DNA of 32,529 bases from a virus (Duplodnaviria; Caudoviricetes): IMG/VR virus record IMGVR_UViG_3300037419_000760, positions 1-32,529 of that record. One strand, given 5' to 3'. The notes beneath the pieces were generated by a model, which saw nothing but the letters and a program-made list of their open reading frames with translations, made no database searches and was not told the DNA's origin. The position numbers and the translations under genes are program-made. Positions 25,603 to 32,411 of the stretch are shown here, in pieces. How positions within the stretch are numbered: the first letter of the stretch is position 1; each line of letters opens with the position of its first letter.

Positions 25603-25672
25603 GGTCGGATAGGTGACGCTGGGTAGGGGACGCTTCAAAAGAGCGTTACCCGAGAGTGGGCAAAATCCGACC
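25603..25672 (+). ncRNA. Candidate structured RNA of unknown family
   Basis: Perfect 8-bp closing stem GGTCGGAT/ATCCGACC enclosing a further 9-bp stem; non-coding; begins 2 nt after the tRNA. Confidence 0.35.
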
Positions 25673-25727
25673 TTCACTCACTTACTCTTTCTCTGCTAAC
25701 TGGTAACTAGTAATTGGAGATTCGACT

Positions 25728-25979
25728 ATGCGTCATGACATGCTCAAGAACGCGGTTCGTGGTGACGTGGTGACCTTTCCCGCCATGACCAACCTGCGAA
25801 CGTTCCGGGTTGTCAAGGTTCGGGACCGTATGAAAGAGGGTCTACAGGCAGATACCCTTCGGCGTCGCCCTTTGAACATTCGGTCACAAGTGCACGTTAC
25901 CCTTCGGGACACCCGCACCGGCCGACTGCAAACGCGATACTTCGCGGAAAACGTCCCCGCGTTGATTCTGGAAATCTGA
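25728..25979 (+). CDS. Hypothetical basic protein
   Basis: 83 aa, Arg-rich, GGAG RBS. Confidence 0.7.
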   Translation: MRHDMLKNAVRGDVVTFPAMTNLRTFRVVKVRDRMKEGLQADTLRRRPLNIRSQVHVTLRDTRTGRLQTRYFAENVPALILEI

Positions 25980-25996
25980 GGTTCGCCGGATAGGGG

Positions 25997-26025
25997 TTGA
26001 CGGTTATCCAGAAAAACCGTACTTA
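25997..26025 (+). promoter_or_regulatory. Possible sigma-70 promoter (weak -10)
   Basis: TTGACG-N17-TACTTA, intergenic. Confidence 0.35.
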
Positions 26026-26069
26026 CCTCATCTCGAATTGGTTAGCAGGGGAAAGCAAGGGGGGTCGCC

Positions 26070-26234
26070 ATGAAAGAGGATTTGCTGGAAAACGTTCTTA
26101 AGGCATTGCTCGCTAGTGGAGTGGCCCAATCCGAATTGGTTCGGGCAACGCAGATGGTTTTGAGCGATTCCGTTTCCAACCAACTGCACGCGGTCGTCTT
26201 GAGCCTAATGGACGAAGAGAACAAAGAGGTTTGA
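26070..26234 (+). CDS. Small hypothetical protein (54 aa), not in the ORF track
   Basis: MKEDLLENVLKALLASGVAQSELVRATQMVLSDSVSNQLHAVVLSLMDEENKEV*; AAGGGGGG 5 nt upstream. Confidence 0.65.
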   Translation: MKEDLLENVLKALLASGVAQSELVRATQMVLSDSVSNQLHAVVLSLMDEENKEV

Positions 26235-26294
26235 CCCCCTAACCCTTCCCTGCTAACTACGGGGTGGATTAGGGCCAGTTATTTTGGGACAAGT

Positions 26295-26322
26295 TTGACA
26301 TTCCGATGCGACGTGGTATGAT
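26295..26322 (+). promoter_or_regulatory. Sigma-70 promoter with extended -10
   Basis: TTGACA-N16-TATGAT with TGn. Confidence 0.75.
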
Positions 26323-26357
26323 GGGATAAGAACGCGAAAGAAACCTTTTCTGGAGTC

Positions 26358-27089
26358 ATGAACGTGGCGAAGATCATTCCCCTACTCAAGTTCTCGCGTG
26401 GCAATGCTAAGTTGGGAAAGAGCATTTATACGTTCTCGCTTCCGAGCGGTCATTCCTGCCCCAACGCTCTTGAGTGCCTTAGCAAATCCGACCGGGCGAA
26501 CGGCAAAATCAAAGACGGTCCACACACCCGGTTTCGGTGCTTCTCTGCTTCTCAAGAGGCTCTTTATGGGCCGGTTCGGCGGCAACGGTGGCACAATTTT
26601 GAGGCGTTGAAGGGACTGACTTCGGAGCAGATGCAAAGTCTGATTTTCCTGTCGATTCCTTCAAAAGCAACGATGGTGCGGATTCACGTTGGGGGGGATT
26701 TCTTCAGCCAGGCTTATTTTGACGCTTGGGTTGAAGTCGCACGGATGCTACCAAACGTGACATTCTACGCCTATACCAAATCCCTTCCTTATTGGGTTTC
26801 GCGGATTCACAAGATCCCCTCTAACCTCATCTTGACCGCCTCTAGGGGTGGTCGCCGCGATGAGATGATTAAGACTTACGGGCTGAGAGAGGCTGTTGTC
26901 GTCTTCTCAGTCGAGGAAGCGGAAAAGCTGGGCTTGCCTATTGACCACGATGATTCCCATGCGTACACTCAAGGTGGGTCATTCGCTCTTTTGATTCACG
27001 GTACCCAACCTTCAGGAAGTGACGCGGGGAAAGCCAAGTCTAAGCTCAAAGGTGTCGGTTCTTACGGCCGAGGCAAAAATGGGAAATGA
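26358..27089 (+). CDS. GP88-family (mycobacteriophage gene product 88-like) Cys-containing, radical-SAM-like protein
   Basis: Motifs GNAKL...FSLPSGHSCP..LEC...CF and RIHVGGDFFSQAY..AW...A...P...FYAYTKS are characteristic of this family. Confidence 0.7.
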   Translation: MNVAKIIPLLKFSRGNAKLGKSIYTFSLPSGHSCPNALECLSKSDRANGKIKDGPHTRFRCFSASQEALYGPVRRQRWHNFEALKGLTSEQMQSLIFLSIPSKATMVRIHVGGDFFSQAYFDAWVEVARMLPNVTFYAYTKSLPYWVSRIHKIPSNLILTASRGGRRDEMIKTYGLREAVVVFSVEEAEKLGLPIDHDDSHAYTQGGSFALLIHGTQPSGSDAGKAKSKLKGVGSYGRGKNGK

Positions 27090-27204
27090 ATTAACGGTAT
27101 GGGAAATCCTTTGCCGTATAATCATTTGCCTATCGTTCGGCTATGGGCTTATGACTTACCATCCTTCAGACACGCTCACTTCCCGAAGGAAAAAGCTCAA
27201 ATGA
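27079..27204 (+). CDS. Small putative membrane protein (41 aa)
   Basis: MGNELTVWEILCRIIICLSFGYGLMTY...RRKKLK; overlaps both neighbours (ATGA coupling at 27201). Confidence 0.45.
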   Translation: MGNELTVWEILCRIIICLSFGYGLMTYHPSDTLTSRRKKLK

Positions 27205-27638
27205 CCTTGAAGCGTGATTGGTACGCTGGACTTCGCGACGAAATGGAAACCGAAATTCGCAAGGGGCTGCACAAGGCACGGAGGGCGGGCCGGACGGGTT
27301 GGGGTGACAGTCGGAAGAAAAGAGTCAAGCATGACTACGTTGTCAAACCTCTATTCCCCTCTTTCACAACGGATGATGAGCACGGAGGGCGGAGCCTGAC
27401 CTACCACAATGAGCAAGTGGCCGATAAGGTCGCACGCCATGAGGCCGGACAATCCCTTTGGAGCGATGGCGAAGCCGATACGGAGACATTTGAGGGAACG
27501 GAATTGCGGGATAGCGAGAAGACTTTTATCGGTTCCATCCTTGACATGAGAGACGCCCATCTTCAGGAAAGCTCTAAGAAGAAATGGGTTCGGGAATTGA
27601 GTGAGACTGAGTCGTTCCCCGGTCGTATGCTTGCCTAA
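27201..27638 (+). CDS. Hypothetical protein
   Basis: ATG 27201 (MTLKRDWY...) after AAGGA, coupled to the previous stop; basic N-terminal half and acidic C-terminal half. Confidence 0.6.
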   Translation: MTLKRDWYAGLRDEMETEIRKGLHKARRAGRTGWGDSRKKRVKHDYVVKPLFPSFTTDDEHGGRSLTYHNEQVADKVARHEAGQSLWSDGEADTETFEGTELRDSEKTFIGSILDMRDAHLQESSKKKWVRELSETESFPGRMLA

Positions 27639-27666
27639 CAATCTGACGGTTTTTAGAAAAATTATT

Positions 27667-27695
27667 TTGACCGAATCCTATCCAAACTGTATGAT
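27667..27695 (+). promoter_or_regulatory. Sigma-70 promoter
   Basis: TTGACC-N17-TATGAT with an AT-rich UP-like tract upstream. Confidence 0.7.
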
Positions 27696-27753
27696 TTACA
27701 GTGCGGGTAGGATTTCTCACTTTCGATCAAAGCACGTTAGCAGGGGAAAAGCA

Positions 27754-28131
27754 ATGAGGGTCACCCAATTTCTTGAGAAGCACAATCCGACCTTTTACTT
27801 CAACAGGGTCGATAGTCGGCCCCGCGTCAACCCGAGTCAACTTGAGATGAAATTTCGTCATTACCTCGTCACCCTGATTACGGAACGGGGAAGGATGGTT
27901 TCGTTCTACTCAGTCGAAGAGGCCGTTAGAGAGGGGCCGTTCCTTATCAATGTGCTCGAATGTCTCATTTGTGAGGCAGTGTGCGGTGACATGACCTATC
28001 GAGAAGCCTGCGAGGAAATCGAGGGTGTTTTAGACTTCAGGGAATGGCAGTCATGTCGAGACACGCGGGACGGTCTGATTGATCTATTCGGGAGGGAAGG
28101 ATTCGGGGAATTGTTGGCGGTCACATTCTGA
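27754..28131 (+). CDS. Hypothetical protein
   Basis: ATG 27754 (MRVTQFLEK...) downstream of the promoter and a GGGG SD. Confidence 0.7.
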   Translation: MRVTQFLEKHNPTFYFNRVDSRPRVNPSQLEMKFRHYLVTLITERGRMVSFYSVEEAVREGPFLINVLECLICEAVCGDMTYREACEEIEGVLDFREWQSCRDTRDGLIDLFGREGFGELLAVTF

Positions 28132-28151
28132 GGTTCCTGCGCAAATAGGTT

Positions 28152-28179
28152 TTGACTTTCCCCATCGGTGCTCTATAAT
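28152..28179 (+). promoter_or_regulatory. Sigma-70 promoter
   Basis: TTGACT-N16-TATAAT. Confidence 0.75.
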
Positions 28180-28227
28180 TGAGTATCGGTGGGGAAAATA
28201 GATTTTCGGGAAATGGGAGTCGGCCAC

Positions 28228-29502
28228 ATGTTCGTTTACGAGATTCCTGCGGAAAACCTGGACAAACTGACGGAACGGTTTGAGAAGATGGTTAATCGGT
28301 CAAAGAAGTGCCGAACCATCGCACCCACGTTCACCGTCATCCATGAGGCTGAAGAGGTCTCAACCGCCAAGGATTCCGACGTGGCGACCGTCAACCGCTT
28401 CCTCTACATCACGATCGATGGCATTCTCCCGAAGGTCAAGGATTGGCAGTTCATCGCCACTATCGACCACACGAACGATACGGGCAACATCATCCGTGGC
28501 GTTCCTGGCATGGGTGACATTCCCGTCTCATTCAGAAAGGCCGCTCCCTCTTGTCAGCATTGCGGCCACACCCGCCAGCGTCATGAGACGTTCGTTCTGC
28601 GCAAGGGGACCGAATACAAGCAGGTGGGTCGAAACTGCCTGGCCGATTTCTTTGATGGCGAGTTGGCGGATTACGTGGTGCCTCTCACCGAACTATGGGA
28701 AAGCTTGGGTGAGATGATTTCGGGGATGGGTGACAGCTACGGAAACCAACCCTCATTCTTCTCATCGGCCGACGTTCTCACCCTTACTCAAGAGGTCATT
28801 ATCGAGTGCGGTTGGCTTAGTGCGACGAAGCGACGTGAGATTCTTGAGACCGATGATAGGGCGCCGGAAACCACGGCTTATTTGGTTGGCTCATTGTTGG
28901 CACCCCCGGTGACTCGTTCCACCTACATTGTCGAGTTGTGGAGCAAGATTAACGCCAATCGGGCAAACCGCTCCGAAGAGGAAAACGCCTCTCTCGACAC
29001 CCTTTCCGAAACCGCTCTTGAGTGGGCGCGTTCACTCGACCCGGAAGCCGAAACGACTAACGATTATCTGTACAACCTCCACACCATTAGCAAAGCTGAA
29101 TCTGTCAGCTACAAAGGCTTGGGTCTTCTGTGCTCCCTCATTCCAGCCTATCGCCGGGTTACTGAGGTCCAAAAGGAAAGGGAATCCAAGCCGGTTTCAT
29201 CTCACGTTGGAATCATCGGTGGTCGGCAAGTTTTTGAGAATGTGACTGTCGAATGGGTTGGACAGGCGACCTACAGCCAATGGGGTGCGACCACACCAGT
29301 CAAGTTCGTCGATTCGACCGGAAACGTTCTGATGCTTTGGTGCTCGGGTAGTGCGAACGAATACGAGGTTGGAAAAATCCTCTCTATCGTCGGCACCGTC
29401 AAGAGCCACGATATCTATCGAAACGTTAACCAAACGGTTATCAATCGTGTCAAGCTGTGGGATGGAAAGCCTGTCAAGCAAGCCAAGCCTAAGAAGAAGT
29501 GA
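28228..29502 (+). CDS. Phage protein with Zn-finger and C-terminal OB-fold-like domain
   Basis: CQHC..TRQR...KQVGRNC Zn-binding pattern; C-terminal HVG...SQWG...FVDSTGN...IVGTVKSH..Y....QTVINRVK is OB-fold-like; GGGAG RBS before ATG 28228. Confidence 0.7.
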   Translation: MFVYEIPAENLDKLTERFEKMVNRSKKCRTIAPTFTVIHEAEEVSTAKDSDVATVNRFLYITIDGILPKVKDWQFIATIDHTNDTGNIIRGVPGMGDIPVSFRKAAPSCQHCGHTRQRHETFVLRKGTEYKQVGRNCLADFFDGELADYVVPLTELWESLGEMISGMGDSYGNQPSFFSSADVLTLTQEVIIECGWLSATKRREILETDDRAPETTAYLVGSLLAPPVTRSTYIVELWSKINANRANRSEEENASLDTLSETALEWARSLDPEAETTNDYLYNLHTISKAESVSYKGLGLLCSLIPAYRRVTEVQKERESKPVSSHVGIIGGRQVFENVTVEWVGQATYSQWGATTPVKFVDSTGNVLMLWCSGSANEYEVGKILSIVGTVKSHDIYRNVNQTVINRVKLWDGKPVKQAKPKKK

Positions 29503-29513
29503 GGGGGGGGCTT

Positions 29514-29588
29514 GCTACCTAACCCTTGTAACGCTAGTGTGTTATGAGGGTTAGGTTAGCGACATATGTGCGTCCTAGCATATGTCGC
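29514..29588. repeat. Two adjacent inverted repeats (hairpins)
   Basis: CCTAACCCT 29518-26 / AGGGTTAGG 29547-55, extendable with G-U pairs; perfect GCGACATATG 29559-68 / CATATGTCGC 29579-88. Confidence 0.75.
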
Positions 29589-29711
29589 CCGAGAACCCGA
29601 TAGCCAAGAGGGAACACCTAAACAAACAAGAGTTGGATGGCCACGCCTGTGCATATGTAGATATGTTATTGTGTGGACTGTGTGGGCTGTGCAGTTGGGG
29701 GAGATTTCTAC

Positions 29712-29739
29712 TTGACATTTGTGCGCTAGGGTCTATAAT
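29712..29739 (+). promoter_or_regulatory. Consensus sigma-70 promoter
   Basis: TTGACA-N16-TATAAT. Confidence 0.8.
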
Positions 29740-29790
29740 TGGACAACGGGATTGAAATCAGTTAGCAGGGGAAAATCAGGGGGGTGGCCA

Positions 29791-29991
29791 GTGCATTTTG
29801 AATACCTCAGCCATAACTCTTATTGGGTCAAATGGCAGAAAGGTGACCGATTCCCTACTTGGGAGGTTGGCGGTTGGCGAGTCGTCGGCACGGATGGAAA
29901 GGTTCTTATCGAGGGGGATTTCAACGGTTGTTTCTGGTTCATGTATAAGAGTGGTGCGGCGTTTTCCCACCAGACTCCAAAAAATGTTTGA
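29791..29991 (+). CDS. Hypothetical aromatic-rich protein (66 aa)
   Basis: GTG start after AGGGGGG; same leader design as the 26070 gene. Confidence 0.6.
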   Translation: MHFEYLSHNSYWVKWQKGDRFPTWEVGGWRVVGTDGKVLIEGDFNGCFWFMYKSGAAFSHQTPKNV

Positions 29992-30214
29992 GGATTACGA
30001 GGAGATGAACAATCGCGAGAAAAGGCTTATTCGGGAAAATACCATTCGATCAATGATGTTGGCGGCATTTCGGATTGACTGCCACGAATCCGCCAATGTC
30101 ACCTACGAGGCAATTCGGCGCCACTGTCCCGAATTCTCGCCTCGTCAACGGGCCATGGTTCGCTCCATTGCGGTGAACAAAGGAATTGTGGACGATTCAC
30201 CCGAGTGGAATTAA
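29984..30214 (+). CDS. Hypothetical protein (76 aa)
   Basis: ATG 29984 (MFEDYEEM...) overlapping the previous stop. Confidence 0.6.
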   Translation: MFEDYEEMNNREKRLIRENTIRSMMLAAFRIDCHESANVTYEAIRRHCPEFSPRQRAMVRSIAVNKGIVDDSPEWN

Positions 30215-30237
30215 CATGCTTTTTCCCTGCTAACCTC

Positions 30238-30265
30238 TTGATTTGGTCGGGGGGTTAGCTACAAT
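30238..30265 (+). promoter_or_regulatory. Sigma-70 promoter
   Basis: TTGATT-N16-TACAAT, intergenic. Confidence 0.6.
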
Positions 30266-30304
30266 TGTTCAGGGTAGAGAGAAATTCCTTTCGGAGAATG
30301 ATCA

Positions 30305-30829
30305 ATGCACACAACCGATTTTCGCGAGATTGGCAACGATGAGCGAATGAGGGTCACCTACGGGTTTGAATGTTTCACTGGCCAACTTCCCTATTTCAGC
30401 ATCACAGGGGAAATCTTCGGCAAGCGTGGGATGGAAACCTGTGGCTGCATTCATAACGAAATCCGCAAACACTTCCCTGAGCTTGCCAACCTCATTCCCT
30501 TCCATCTGTGCGATAGCAACGCAACCCCAATGCACTATGTCGCCAACGCGGTGTATTGGGCTGAGCTTGCTATGGGTGTTGGTCAGTGGCACGGGAAAAC
30601 CGATATCCCGAACGGATATGCTTCCTTTGAAGACGTTTTGGCGTCTCACATCCTTGCTGACGTTTTGGGTGACAGGGATGAAATGAAGGATGCAATCCGT
30701 CTGTCCAAACCCGATTTCAAAGCTTGGCTCGAATCCAGGATGGATAAGCTGGGTGCCGCAATGAAAACCGCTCTGGAATCCCACGGTATCACCATTCCCA
30801 CCACTCCCACCACTTCGGAAATCTTGTGA
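30305..30829 (+). CDS. Phage hypothetical protein with a Cys/His cluster
   Basis: 174 aa; GGAG RBS; YFSITGEI...CGCIHNEIRKHFPEL..LIPFHL....PMHY motif. Confidence 0.75.
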   Translation: MHTTDFREIGNDERMRVTYGFECFTGQLPYFSITGEIFGKRGMETCGCIHNEIRKHFPELANLIPFHLCDSNATPMHYVANAVYWAELAMGVGQWHGKTDIPNGYASFEDVLASHILADVLGDRDEMKDAIRLSKPDFKAWLESRMDKLGAAMKTALESHGITIPTTPTTSEIL

Positions 30830-31158
30830 TGATTCGCTATCGTGACAATGCCGGTTGCACACAACATTCAATCGCCCGATTCACCAAACATATCGGGCGG
30901 CTCGGCAAACTGAGCTACATCAAAGGGTATCGGTACAGAGGCCGTTATCAGGCTATTCATGAGGGGGTTTTGATCAGGGGGGAAAACGGTACCTTGCGGT
31001 TCAATGGTTTTTGCTGGGGGTATGGTGGTGAAGGTCCGCACGGTCTGAAAACCATTCTTTTGAAGCTGGGGGTTGACGAACCCATCGCACATCAAACCGC
31101 TTTCCATACCCCCCGTCGCTGGCCAGATATCGAGGAAGCTTGGAGAATTACCTTCTGA
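30826..31158 (+). CDS. Hypothetical protein, DUF6166-like WGYGGxGP motif
   Basis: 110 aa; FCWGYGGEGPHGLKTILLKLG. Confidence 0.6.
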   Translation: MMIRYRDNAGCTQHSIARFTKHIGRLGKLSYIKGYRYRGRYQAIHEGVLIRGENGTLRFNGFCWGYGGEGPHGLKTILLKLGVDEPIAHQTAFHTPRRWPDIEEAWRITF

Positions 31159-31162
31159 GGGA

Positions 31163-31191
31163 TTGCAATTGGGGTCGGAATACCTTAGAAT
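31163..31191 (+). promoter_or_regulatory. Sigma-70 promoter
   Basis: TTGCAA-N17-TAGAAT, intergenic. Confidence 0.6.
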
Positions 31192-31226
31192 GGTTTAGTG
31201 GGCAACTCTTTTAGGAGAATCCGAGA

Positions 31227-31436
31227 ATGACGCTCACACCAGCCTATGGGCGAGATTACAAGTCAGTCAAAGCTGTCAAGGAAGATTTTGACGCGGGAAA
31301 GGATTTCATGATTAACGATGTTTCCTCAAAGGATGATGGGAGGTACGCCAACAAAGAAGACCTTATCCAAGCAGGTGTCAAGGCTGTCAAAATCCGATAC
31401 GCCCGTCTCACAAAGGTCACAATTCTTAAATTGTAG
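31227..31436 (+). CDS. Small phage hypothetical protein
   Basis: 69 aa, MTLTPAYGRDYKS...; AGGAG RBS. Confidence 0.75.
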   Translation: MTLTPAYGRDYKSVKAVKEDFDAGKDFMINDVSSKDDGRYANKEDLIQAGVKAVKIRYARLTKVTILKL

Positions 31437-31446
31437 GGGGATAACC

Positions 31447-31695
31447 ATGATCAAAGTCATGGGCCATGGGAAGATGAGGAAAACGGTCAACATCCAAATC
31501 ACTCCCGATGGGAAAGCTACTCCAGATGGGACAACTCATTTGGAGTATGCAAGTGATGCTCACAGACTCGCTAGGGTTCTAGAGCGTAACCTACCATCGG
31601 GAACATTCGACCGTCTTCTCAAAGACCTGTTTTCAATCCACATGCGGGATTACCTTGACGACCAAACCATCCGACAGGGAAACGGACACTTCTAA
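31447..31695 (+). CDS. Hypothetical protein (82 aa)
   Basis: ATG 31447 after AGGGGG; TAATG coupling to the next gene. Confidence 0.6.
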   Translation: MIKVMGHGKMRKTVNIQITPDGKATPDGTTHLEYASDAHRLARVLERNLPSGTFDRLLKDLFSIHMRDYLDDQTIRQGNGHF

Positions 31696-32369
31696 TGTTG
31701 GTCGATCAATTCCTCAGCATTCTGGTTACCGAACCAACACCATTGGTTCTCACCTTGACTACGGTAATCGTTAAGATGCCGGGTGATGGGGGATTGCTCA
31801 AGTTCAAACGGGGGGACAAAGGAATGCCAACCCCGTTTGTTGACGGTCTGTATCATCTCACACGCCAACACATCATCCTGGGTGGTAACTACGCTCGAAT
31901 GGTGAACGAGCAACGCCAACGTGAATTCAAAGCCTACCTGGACAGCATGCCAACGCCTCCGAAGTTTGTTCAATCCATTTTGACAGCCGATGAATTCATT
32001 GCCGAGGAACTCTGGAAAGGGAAGGGGCGCCGAGATGAGTTATTTCCTAGATTCGTTGTTTCTCACAGGGACACTGGTTTACGCTATCTGTGCTTCCGAC
32101 CAGTTTCATACGATCCATCGGGACAACCGACACCATTGACAGATGAGTTCTATGAGGCCGTTACGCTTCGACGTGTGGATTTTGACAAAGAGGTCAAGGA
32201 TTATTACAGAGCGGTCGGCAAACCTCCCAAGGGTCAAATGACCAAAAAAATGGTGCCATGGCGTACCGTTAAACTGGTTAATTGTGTGGCATGTCGATAT
32301 AAAGGGACACAATACTTTTTGGAGACGGAACTATTTGACCTTCCTGGTTTGCGTGATATAATTGGTTAG
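31695..32369 (+). CDS. Hypothetical protein
   Basis: 224-aa ORF coupled to the previous gene. Confidence 0.75.
   Translation: MLVDQFLSILVTEPTPLVLTLTTVIVKMPGDGGLLKFKRGDKGMPTPFVDGLYHLTRQHIILGGNYARMVNEQRQREFKAYLDSMPTPPKFVQSILTADEFIAEELWKGKGRRDELFPRFVVSHRDTGLRYLCFRPVSYDPSGQPTPLTDEFYEAVTLRRVDFDKEVKDYYRAVGKPPKGQMTKKMVPWRTVKLVNCVACRYKGTQYFLETELFDLPGLRDIIG
32335..32362 (+). promoter_or_regulatory. Sigma-70 promoter with extended -10, inside the 3' end of the upstream gene
   Basis: TTGACC-N16-TATAAT with TGn. Confidence 0.7.
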
Positions 32370-32411
32370 CAGGGGGAGAGAGCGGTTAGCAGAGGAGAAC
32401 AGGGGGGGGGC

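Larger units (their letters stand above)
488..32400. repeat. Dispersed asymmetric motif GT(T/A)AGCAG-R5+
   Basis: Exact GTTAGCAG on + at 5975, 8271, 21873, 26041, 27736, 29761, 32365, 32385; on - at 2519, 7679, 8129, 13678, 25693, 26250, 30227 (left coordinate of the 8-mer). GTAAGCAG at 488(+), 17589(+), 17793(-), 19458(+), 22174(-). All are followed by at least 5 purines. Confidence 0.85.

Noticed and set aside
25603-25672. Possible tRNA-Sec/opal suppressor (CTTCAAA) or c-di-GMP riboswitch (GGGACGC, GGGCAAA words)
   Set aside because: No T-arm or D-arm, the stem does not centre TCA in a 7-nt loop, and the riboswitch words are in the wrong order. Kept only as an unknown RNA candidate.
17404-29798. 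Long upstream starts given by the ORF track (17578, 21769, 27099, 27601, 28189, 29719, 29798)
   Set aside because: They overlap other genes or promoters; downstream starts have proper SD sequences or translational coupling.
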